From an uncultured Candidatus Saccharibacteria bacterium (GTDB lineage: Bacteria; Patescibacteriota; Doudnabacteria; UBA920), in assembly GCA_964436545.1 (NCBI GenBank), contig CAYTCJ010000004.1, forward strand, positions 59,368 through 123,367: a DNA stretch of 64,000 bases, in the 5' to 3' direction. The notes below the pieces were generated by a model. It searched no databases. It was not told where the DNA came from and worked only from the letters and a program-made list of their open reading frames with translations. A program made the translations under genes and the position numbers. Positions 37,901 to 45,292 of this stretch are shown piece by piece (within the stretch, counting starts at the first letter, position 1; every line of letters begins with the position of its first letter).

Positions 37901-40311
37901 AGAGAATATCTCCAACGTTAAGAGAAAATCCAGATGCTATTTTAGATTTTAATAGAGAGATGGATTGGTACATTTCTAATCTTGAAAATCAAAACCCAGA
38001 ATACGCAGATGAATTAAGAGAGTTAATGCAACAGCCTGATATGTTAATTCCAATGTCTAATGAATGTAAGGCTGTTGCTTGCATTCCAGTTTATGCTTTA
38101 GGTGAGGGAAAAGGTATAGAACACACTCTTGAACAGTATAGGAAACAAATTATAAATGGTTCGGTAAAATCTGATGAATTTGAGTTATTGTTATTCTTGA
38201 ACCATCCACAAGATAGACTTAAAGGTATGACTATTTTATCTGGGGCAGAAGAAAGAGTTAGAAATGGGAATCCGGAAGCGTATGACACAGCTGAGGTGAT
38301 TAGGCAGTATAAACTCAAGCATCCTGAATTAAAAATTAGAGTACTAGAAAAAGAATACGAAACCAGACCAAAGTGGGGAGTAATAATTAAATCAGTTTAT
38401 GATGTTGCTTGTTTAAGGGCTAAGTCGCGTTCCAATCCAGTAAGTAAGGATATAGTTTTACTTACAAATGATGCGGATGTGAGAGATATGTCCGATACGT
38501 ATTTAAGATTAGTCATTGATGAGTTTGATAAAAGTGATGGTAGTAAACAGATTGATGGGTTAGCTACTAGAATGGATGATGACCCCAATGTTTATAGAAA
38601 ATGGCCAAATTTCTTTTTGGCAAATCGTTTTCGTCAATTTCTTGAAGCTCAAACCAGAGCAGGCATAAGTGGTTCTGGGGAAATAAATTCATTACCTTAT
38701 AATTTCTCATCCCGTGGTTCAAAAGAAAAGTATATTAATACTTGGGGCGCCAGTACGGCTTTGAGAGGTAGTACGTATTGTGGGATAGGCGGGGCAGATT
38801 TGAGTGTAGATGCAGGGGCCGATTCTGAGTTAGGGAGAGTAATTACCAATTCCAGAAGAGGTGGTAAGAGAAAATTAGATAATGCAAATTTTCCCATAAA
38901 GTTTTTGAATTCCGCATGGCTTGAGACAGACCCTAGAAGGCCGTTGGGGATTTATAAGAAAGGTAAGCCATTAGTAGCTACTTGGAGCGAATGGGATGAA
39001 ATGAATGTTTATGGAGAGACTCTTGCAGATCAGAATGAAGGCGATTCAGAAGCTTTAGATCCGGTAAGACTTTCCAAAGAAATAAACGTCATGATGAAGT
39101 CATGGTGGGGTTTGGATGCTGATTCAATGGTTGTTAAAAAAGCATTAGGCTGGTTAGGATTAAAAGAAGGTGATTATGATATCGTGGATATTGGATATAC
39201 AGATAGGGTAGGTGTTCAAAAAACTTACAGAGGAATCAAAATTAATAATATTTCGAATTTAAAGACTGGAGTAGATGCTTGGAAAACCAAGCGGGAAAGA
39301 CTTGATGAGGCGAAAGCAAATCGTTTGAAAAAAGCTCAAGCGGTGAAAAGTATTGGACAAGCATCAACCCCTTCAAACCCAGATAATGGCAAAATATGGG
39401 ATGAAGAAACTTTTAGATTTATTGAACCTCAGCCGGAAGCGCCAATTAATCAAACCACAGAAGATGATGATTTGTGGGATGATGAAGGTAATAGGCCTGT
39501 GCCCAAAAATTTAAAATCGGGTAAGCTTCCTTCTGTGGCTAGTGAGCCTAGCAGACTGCCAGAAAGCGGTGGAAATACTAAACCGGTTGAGTCAGGGCCT
39601 GGCAGGGGAGCAAACGAGCCAGTACAATCAGCTCAAAGAGAAGCTCCGGCACCCAAAGCTGAACAAGGTAATGTGAGAGAAAGAGAATCTAGGGAAACCA
39701 AAATGATTGAGCTATTAAATGCTTTTGATGCCAATCCTTATGAATTTATTTATGACAAAGGATTAGCAAGAGTTAGCGAAGCCGGGTTTAGCACCAATAG
39801 GTTTTTAAAAGAATTAAGACTTCAACATGGTATCAGTAATGCCGATTTGGCAACCATAAAACAAAGAACTAGAGTTATGAGTCCCAAAGGTCCAATAATG
39901 GGGAAAGGCAGAGAAGTGGCGCAATATGCAAGGATGATTTTAGCCACTAAACCCGAGATGCGTGCACAATGGATAGGATTGGATGACGGAAGGTATAATA
40001 AATTTTCTAAGGAGTTGATTGTTGCGGAAGTAAAAAAAGATATTAGCCAAAAAACTTTTAATCCAGATAAGATTGTAGAGTTAGAAAGGGAATTCGCACA
40101 AGGGCCGATTTTTGTGCTGGACAGTGTTTTGTCGGCTAATCCGGCTGTGTTAAGAAAAGCTAATGAGGCTTTTAAACAGGCAATAAACAATGGCGAAGCG
40201 CAAGATAATTCAGATGATAAAGCTAGAGTTTTTAAAACTACCTTAGACGCATACCAACAAGGTTCATTAAAGCTTACCAAGCAACGAGGCAGAAAAAGCC
40301 AGAAAAAATAG
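34984..40311 (+). CDS. giant multidomain protein (1775 aa) with internal GT-A glycosyltransferase-like domain
   Basis: Continuous ORF; Gly/Ala hydrophobic hairpin; VACIPVY, LLLFLN, LTNDAD (DxD); ATG 34984 preferred because the GTG start lies in a repeat. Confidence 0.8.
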   Translation: MSEYGRFLSPEARHEAEKPKFVFTDISDIQEGMAQDASLAQFNEKPEALEENNVSWWKKPFKKAFWKNVGKRGTSLGRSIWKQNLARDYYEVSGKKQAEAKMQASGSLFAVEKKFDPNEPGISEAEKQNRLKAQKTAHDEYVSAITRRFAGATGELAGDFVHKEHGGEAVETLGRTEAEVQIKRKLEETVRAFAGGEISEEQVLEKEKAIWAEIKGVKPEVVKKGKMYASNLLEMAKWAKEEVEKQVRQNIDHNLAVRNLQLDFDVVVGRAKSGAKTEAQFNAVENAVDKIMAKTRGLPSIIFNEATITAAVTAAYFVEKSLFTKGLYSVAGLVGFGVGAGATAAFKEGKTLEKERMQHAREMAQGRKFEESSATRRKELEKFRLKFQTAEELEQNLDAKLFNFLESGTDLRTLSPEGYKQALEAVAEIDARILEGERGVVVKKRKWLKFWKKEYKEERHSADLIGYSDPTQIAKEEGQLDMARAAAKIALKKWCLANGKTEAQFKADLQASVEAKIHGFYAGEEGIDKQNERFKEFKKKKMWQAGKKAAVWGTIFGTAIQEASAFKQDHTYGLAEHAWDAFRGNEHHLAPEETATALENAFAYGQKNINEGLDYLFPTAHAAGPNIEVQIGGSKYSLPDGFRLEDNPATANPNDKVLIDSKGVSHTLEFKADGTPTADSKKWLLDNGYKLDEIISPAGPKGIHSLDVDATKKQFPDLAHHTRIDWHDEPGKFKSAIHNMWLEFEGKQQMGYLVTRGDKVYLDCSKVIQNFVKEVSERINDPSFGQVEGYTNADGSPFVDSKMMHLKDQIQQAINNGDINRYFQAVVIPTEGANSAGLSDLVQGADSSGLIELNGKYDWSKMFIDPATGHVDPKMLHDGHLPFRFLEMRFDGHVMNTAQGAGEAGPMPFFKLTPPLDELPPTTFPPLTYVGRRKGLEETNWTPPPQRPKREPLPEIPYYGYYNSPERSEYYRQRISPTLRENPDAILDFNREMDWYISNLENQNPEYADELRELMQQPDMLIPMSNECKAVACIPVYALGEGKGIEHTLEQYRKQIINGSVKSDEFELLLFLNHPQDRLKGMTILSGAEERVRNGNPEAYDTAEVIRQYKLKHPELKIRVLEKEYETRPKWGVIIKSVYDVACLRAKSRSNPVSKDIVLLTNDADVRDMSDTYLRLVIDEFDKSDGSKQIDGLATRMDDDPNVYRKWPNFFLANRFRQFLEAQTRAGISGSGEINSLPYNFSSRGSKEKYINTWGASTALRGSTYCGIGGADLSVDAGADSELGRVITNSRRGGKRKLDNANFPIKFLNSAWLETDPRRPLGIYKKGKPLVATWSEWDEMNVYGETLADQNEGDSEALDPVRLSKEINVMMKSWWGLDADSMVVKKALGWLGLKEGDYDIVDIGYTDRVGVQKTYRGIKINNISNLKTGVDAWKTKRERLDEAKANRLKKAQAVKSIGQASTPSNPDNGKIWDEETFRFIEPQPEAPINQTTEDDDLWDDEGNRPVPKNLKSGKLPSVASEPSRLPESGGNTKPVESGPGRGANEPVQSAQREAPAPKAEQGNVRERESRETKMIELLNAFDANPYEFIYDKGLARVSEAGFSTNRFLKELRLQHGISNADLATIKQRTRVMSPKGPIMGKGREVAQYARMILATKPEMRAQWIGLDDGRYNKFSKELIVAEVKKDISQKTFNPDKIVELEREFAQGPIFVLDSVLSANPAVLRKANEAFKQAINNGEAQDNSDDKARVFKTTLDAYQQGSLKLTKQRGRKSQKK

Positions 40312-40338
40312 GAAATAAGGGAATTAATATGTTCGGTT

Positions 40339-40369
40339 CCAAACCCCCCGATATTCTCGGGGGGTTTGG
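40339..40369 (+). terminator. intrinsic terminator
   Basis: CCAAACCCCCCGA-N5-TCGGGGGGTTTGG. Confidence 0.7.
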
Positions 40370-40418
40370 GTTTAAATTTGGCATTTTTTACTTTTGTGCT
40401 ATACTGATTTTATATAAA

Positions 40419-40579
40419 GGGTCTGTTTCCAAATGTCATTTTGTCTGCAACTGTAAAATTTTGGCTACTTGTCACAAAAAATTTTTCCGCTTATCCTACG
40501 GATAAGCATCAAAATTTATTTGTGCCAATTTGCTCTAATTTAATAGTTTCGTCTTAAAAGCACATTCGGAAACAGACCC
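40419..40579. mobile_element. MITE-like element
   Basis: 17/18-bp terminal inverted repeat GGGTCTGTTTCC(A/G)AATGT; whole element folds back; no ORF. Confidence 0.65.
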
Positions 40580-40685
40580 AAAACAAATATCAAAATAAAA
40601 AATCAATCGTTTGTATTTTAAGGTTAACCTTTCAACACGTTTGATTTTTTGTTTGATTTAATTTATTCTGAAATTATCAACTAAA

Positions 40686-41912
40686 ATGAAATCACAAAAT
40701 CGTATGGGAGAAGTTAAACCAAAAGTTCAAAGTTTTGCCAGAATTAAAGTTTTAGGCGTGGGCGGGAGTGGCACCAGCGCTGTTAACCGTATGAGCGAAC
40801 TCGGCATTAAAGGCGTAGAATTTATTGCCATTAATACCGATGCGCAGGCTCTGCATAATAATAATGCAGATGTAAAAGTGCATATTGGGAAAAATATTAC
40901 CAAAGGTCTAGGCAGTGGCATGAATCCGGATTTAGGTCGGCAAGCGGCGGAAGAAAGCATTGAGGAGCTGGAGGAAGTGGTAGACAATGCCGATATGGTG
41001 TTTATCACTTGCGGGCTAGGGGGCGGAACCGGCACCGGAGCTTCGCCCATTGTCGCGGAGCTCGCTAAGAATAAAGGCGTCTTAACCGTTGCAGTCGTGA
41101 CCCGTCCGTTTACTTTTGAAGGCAGTAAAAGAAAAGAAGTGGCCGATGCTGGCTATGATAATTTAAAAGATAAAGTCGATGCCATTATTGCCATCCATAA
41201 CGATAGGATCCTGCAAATTATAGACAAGAAAACTTCACTCATAGATTCGTTTAAAACCGTAGACGAAGTTTTAAGGCAAGGCATTTCCGGTATTTCGGAT
41301 TTAATTACCACACATGGTTTGGTGAATGCTGACTTTGCCGACGTGCGTGCCATTATGCAAGACGCGGGCACAGCCATGATGGGGATTGGGCGAGCGAGTG
41401 GCGAGAACCGTGCGAGCGAAGCTGCGAAGCTCGCGGTAAATTCTCCGCTGTTAGATATGTCCTTAGACGGCGCAAAAGGAGTACTCTTTAATATTACCGG
41501 CGGAAAAGATTTGGGTATGTTTGAAATTGACGAAGCCGCGAAAGTGATTACCAAAAATATTGACTCCGATGCCAAAGTTAAGTTTGGCGCGGTGATAGAT
41601 GAAAACTTAACCGATGAAATTAAGATCACGGTCATTGCCACGGGCTTTGATGGCAACAATCGTTTAAGTGGTATGTCGCCCATAAGTTTTGATGAACCCA
41701 AAAAAGGTTTTTTGGGCACAGGCAATTTTAGCGCTCAACCCCAGAGCCCTCCGCAAACTGCGGTGGAATTAAGACGACCACTTTTTAACCCTAAACCAAT
41801 TGAACCTAAACAACCCCCAGTCATTCAAACTACTCAACCGACAGAAAATTTAAATGCAGATAACGAAGACGAATTGGAAATCCCGGCGTTCATTAGAAAG
41901 AAAATGAAGTGA
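40686..41912 (+). CDS. ftsZ: cell division protein FtsZ
   Basis: NTDAQAL, GGGTGTGA, NADFADV, C-terminal LEIPAFIRK. Confidence 0.99.
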   Translation: MKSQNRMGEVKPKVQSFARIKVLGVGGSGTSAVNRMSELGIKGVEFIAINTDAQALHNNNADVKVHIGKNITKGLGSGMNPDLGRQAAEESIEELEEVVDNADMVFITCGLGGGTGTGASPIVAELAKNKGVLTVAVVTRPFTFEGSKRKEVADAGYDNLKDKVDAIIAIHNDRILQIIDKKTSLIDSFKTVDEVLRQGISGISDLITTHGLVNADFADVRAIMQDAGTAMMGIGRASGENRASEAAKLAVNSPLLDMSLDGAKGVLFNITGGKDLGMFEIDEAAKVITKNIDSDAKVKFGAVIDENLTDEIKITVIATGFDGNNRLSGMSPISFDEPKKGFLGTGNFSAQPQSPPQTAVELRRPLFNPKPIEPKQPPVIQTTQPTENLNADNEDELEIPAFIRKKMK

Positions 41913-41980
41913 GGCGGAGAAAGTTGTAAGTTGGTAAGTGAGTAAGTTGTAAGTAGTAGAGTTCTAAGTAAACAAAGAAT

Positions 41981-42337
41981 ATGATAATTAAGTCATTTAC
42001 AGAAATTATTGCTTGGCAAAAATCTCACCAATTAGTTTTAGATGTTTATATTTTAACATCAGAGTATCCAAAACACGAGATGTTTGGTTTAGTCAGTCAG
42101 AGTCGTAGGTGTGCGGTATCTATTCCTTCTAATATTGCGGAAGGTTTTAAGAGAAAATCGCTTAACGATTCATTGCATTTTTATAATATCGCGGAAGCGT
42201 CATTAGAAGAGCTAAAGTATCAACTTTTACTCGCTAAAGATTTAAAATACGTTTCAGAATTTAAATATCAAAAAGTTTTTGAACTATGTGAGGAGGTTGG
42301 AAAGTTAATTTATGGTTGGATAAAAATTCAAAAATAA
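41981..42337 (+). CDS. four-helix bundle protein (23S rRNA IVP-like)
   Basis: AWQKSH, YPKHEMFGLVSQSRRCAVSIPSNIAEG, ASLEEL. Confidence 0.93.
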   Translation: MIIKSFTEIIAWQKSHQLVLDVYILTSEYPKHEMFGLVSQSRRCAVSIPSNIAEGFKRKSLNDSLHFYNIAEASLEELKYQLLLAKDLKYVSEFKYQKVFELCEEVGKLIYGWIKIQK

Positions 42338-42728
42338 CTTACAACTTATTTACTTACAACTTACTACATTACAAATCCGCTCTTGCGGATTTTTAAAATA
42401 TGTGCTATAATATATAAAAGTGATATAAAAAGGTCGAGCGTTGATTTCGCAAACATAACGAAACAGCGAATATCCTTAGGCTAAATAACCCTTTAAATAA
42501 CAATTTGTTTAAGGGGTGAAGGAAACACAAATAAAATTAAAATTTAGATTTTAACAACAAAATTTTGTTAAAATCATAGGTGAGTAAATTGGCTTTTTTG
42601 AATTCAAAAGCGAATTTTACCCCATACCCCAAAAACTTTATTTTTTTTTGGAAGTTTGGGACCTATGTCAATCAAATACTCAGCATTAAAACTTAAGAGT
42701 TTTGGTGAGTGGGTAAACTTATAAATTT

Positions 42729-43166
42729 ATGCAAGAGTTTTTAACCGAAGAAACGCCGGGCAAGGTAATGGCTTTATTAGGAGGTACATTATTTTCTCTC
42801 GCGTTGTTATTTGCTGTGAATGTAAGCGGAGCCAGTTTAGGTGGCAGTACGGAATATGCTTTGCCCGATCCGTTTGCGCCAGCTAAAGTTGTTAAGGCCA
42901 TAGATAATTTTTCCGCTTGGTATAGTAGCGGACTGGTGGCTTTTGCCGAGCCAGCCACAGAAGCAGTGAAGGCTCATACCGAAGCCATGGCTTGGGCTAT
43001 GGACGAAGCCAGTGTGCCTTTAGTGAGAGTTTTGGGTCTGGAGAGTTTGACTGAATATGAGAGTCAACCTCAAGTAGCCGGAGTTAGCACTAAAGCAAAT
43101 TTTGGTTTTTTAGGTTTTGGGAGTTTAAGTGTGGATCATTTATATAGTTTAATGTTAGGGGAGTAG
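42729..43166 (+). CDS. membrane-anchored hypothetical protein
   Basis: N-terminal TM; PQVAGVST motif. Confidence 0.65.
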   Translation: MQEFLTEETPGKVMALLGGTLFSLALLFAVNVSGASLGGSTEYALPDPFAPAKVVKAIDNFSAWYSSGLVAFAEPATEAVKAHTEAMAWAMDEASVPLVRVLGLESLTEYESQPQVAGVSTKANFGFLGFGSLSVDHLYSLMLGE

Positions 43167-43169
43167 TTA

Positions 43170-43237
43170 TATATTCCACAGATCACTGATCCGCCAGCTG
43201 GCGGACACGGATACACAGATATTAGTGCGATGTGAAT
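43170..43237 (+). repeat. island-type spacer repeat copy with inserted TCCGCCAGCTGGCGGA palindrome
   Basis: CCACAGATCAC..CACGGATACACAGATATTAGTGCGATG matches 31169-31205. Confidence 0.75.
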
Positions 43238-43332
43238 TGGTTATTAGAAAAAAATAAATAGCAATGAAAAACGCCCTTAGAGTTCTGGTTGAACCTTTGG
43301 GCGTTTTTGCTTTTGCGGGGAATGAACTCTGG

Positions 43333-44220
43333 TTAGAGTTCGCTACCCGTGATGAGGCGGTACGCCTCACGATACTTCTCGCTGGTGCGCGCGACCACGT
43401 CGTCCGGCAGCCCCGGCGCCGGCGGTTGCTTGTTCCACCGAATCTCTTCCAAATAATCGCGAACGAACTGCTTGTCGTAGGAGGGTTGTGGACCGCCTGG
43501 CCGGTACGAATCGGCGGGCCAGAAGCGCGACGAATCGGGCGTGAGCACCTCGTCGGCGAGCACGAGTTCATCGCCCACGAATCCGAACTCGAATTTGGTG
43601 TCGGCTAGCAGAATGCCGCGCGAAGCGGCGTACTCGGAGGCTTTGCCGTAGATCCGGAGCGTGAGATCCCGCAGACGGGCTGCAGTTTCGGCGCCCGTGA
43701 TCCGCTCCACCTGCTCGAAGGGAATGTTCTCGTCGTGACCGCTTTGCGCCTTGGTGGCGGGTGTGAAGAGCGGTTGCGGGAGACGGTCGCTTTCGACCAG
43801 ACCGGCGGGGAGCGGAATCCCGCAGACCGAACCTTGGGCCTTGTACTCCTTCCAGCCGGAGCCCGCCAGATTGCCGCGCGCCACGCATTCCACGTCGATC
43901 ATCTTGGCGCGGCGGACCAGCATGGAGCGGCCCTCGAGCTGATCGCGGAACGGCTGGAGTTCCACCGGATATTCATCGACGTTCGCGGTGAGGAAGTGGT
44001 TCGGGACGACGTCGCGGAGGAAGTTGAACCAGAACATCGAGATCCGCGTCAGCACGCTGCCCTTGTCCGGGATGCCGGTCGGCAGGATGTAGTCGAACGC
44101 GGAGATGCGGTCGGTCGCGACGATGAGCAGGTCTGCGCCGACGGCGTAGTTGTCGCGGACCTTACCACGCCCGATCAAATCAATTCCGGGCAGACTTGTT
44201 TCTAAAAGGACATTACTCAT
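43333..44220 (-). CDS. purC: SAICAR synthase, GC-rich
   Basis: GKVRD, ATDRISAFD, IPDKG, FTPATKA, GHDENI, ADTKFEFG, DEVLTPDSSRFW, SYDKQFVRD; AAAGGAGG SD before ATG 44220. Confidence 0.96.
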   Translation of the reverse strand: MSNVLLETSLPGIDLIGRGKVRDNYAVGADLLIVATDRISAFDYILPTGIPDKGSVLTRISMFWFNFLRDVVPNHFLTANVDEYPVELQPFRDQLEGRSMLVRRAKMIDVECVARGNLAGSGWKEYKAQGSVCGIPLPAGLVESDRLPQPLFTPATKAQSGHDENIPFEQVERITGAETAARLRDLTLRIYGKASEYAASRGILLADTKFEFGFVGDELVLADEVLTPDSSRFWPADSYRPGGPQPSYDKQFVRDYLEEIRWNKQPPAPGLPDDVVARTSEKYREAYRLITGSEL

Positions 44221-44429
44221 TTGTAATGTCCTCCTTTCTTTTTGATTTCTCCTCCGTAGGAGATGACTTAGGATAACAAAGTAAGGGGGGATTGTAAAGG
44301 CAGAAAAGTTAATAAGTTTATAAGTAGTAAGTTGTAAGTAAAAAGCAATCAGTAAATAATTCAATTTTGTTTGGGGATAAGTGGGCGGGGGTTTTTAAAA
44401 AATTTAGGTTTTCGCGGGTTTGCACGTAA

Positions 44430-44478
44430 ATACTATATGTAGTATTATCATAAAGCTTAAATCTACTATAGGTTGAAT
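44430..44478. promoter_or_regulatory. tandem NrdR boxes
   Basis: ATACTATATGTAGTAT (44430) and CTACTATAGGTTGAAT (44463) resemble acaCwAtATaTwGtgt, upstream of nrdR-nrdJ. Confidence 0.7.
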
Positions 44479-44569
44479 TAGGAGTTATGAGTCAAGAGTT
44501 AAGAAAATACAGATTTTTGCTAAGATTTTATTCTTAATTCATAACTCATACTTCTTAACTCTATCAAAA

Positions 44570-45016
44570 ATGCGTTGTCCTAAATGCCAATTTGCAGATA
44601 CTAAAGTTTTAGACTCCCGACCAGTGGAAGAGGGCGAGGCAATTCGGCGTCGGCGGGAATGCGAAAAATGCGGATTTAGGTTTTCTACCTATGAAGAAAT
44701 AGAAATCTTAGATTTAAACATTTTAAAAAAGGACGGTCGGAAGGAATTGTTTAGTAAGGAAAAATTAGAGCGGGCCATACGGTTGCCTTTAGCTAAACGT
44801 CCGCATACTGACGAAACCTTTAGGAAATTGCTGTCATCAATTGAGATTGAAATTCAGCAAAAGGCTAATAACGGGGAAATAAAAAGTTCGGAAATTGGGG
44901 AAATTGTAATGAAGAAATTAAAAAAGGCCGATAAGGTCGCGTATGTGCGGTTTGCAGCCGTGTATAGACAATTTGAAGATGTAGAGGAGTTTAAGGAAGA
45001 ACTCAAAAAGTTGTAA
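44570..45016 (+). CDS. nrdR: transcriptional repressor NrdR
   Basis: MRCPKC, VLDSR, IRRRRECEKC, ATP cone, VAYVRFAAVY. Confidence 0.98.
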   Translation: MRCPKCQFADTKVLDSRPVEEGEAIRRRRECEKCGFRFSTYEEIEILDLNILKKDGRKELFSKEKLERAIRLPLAKRPHTDETFRKLLSSIEIEIQQKANNGEIKSSEIGEIVMKKLKKADKVAYVRFAAVYRQFEDVEEFKEELKKL

Positions 45017-45292
45017 GTTGGTAAGTTGCCTGCCTGACGGCAAGGCAGGTAAGTAGTAAGTTGGTAAGTTGTAAGTCAATCAGTAGACAGCTCATCAGCA
45101 AAGAATAAAGCAAACAGCGATTAGGTATTAGTTGTAGAAACCGGTCGGGTGTTAAGTAAGTGGTGGTAAGTCATTTAAAATCAATAAACTTATGACTATT
45201 TTCTATACCGGATTCTATAATTTTAAACTTATAACAAAACTGAATTTAAATTTATTTAAAAATTAAAAATTTGTAATTAAAAATTTTATTCT

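Noticed and set aside
41981-42337. Diversity-generating retroelement suggested by the Avd-like fold
   Set aside because: No reverse transcriptase and no TR/VR pair differing at adenines seen in the window
43167-44205. ORFs overlapping purC and its 48-aa upstream extension
   Set aside because: Shadow frames; the extension to 44364 runs through the SD, promoter and heptamer repeats
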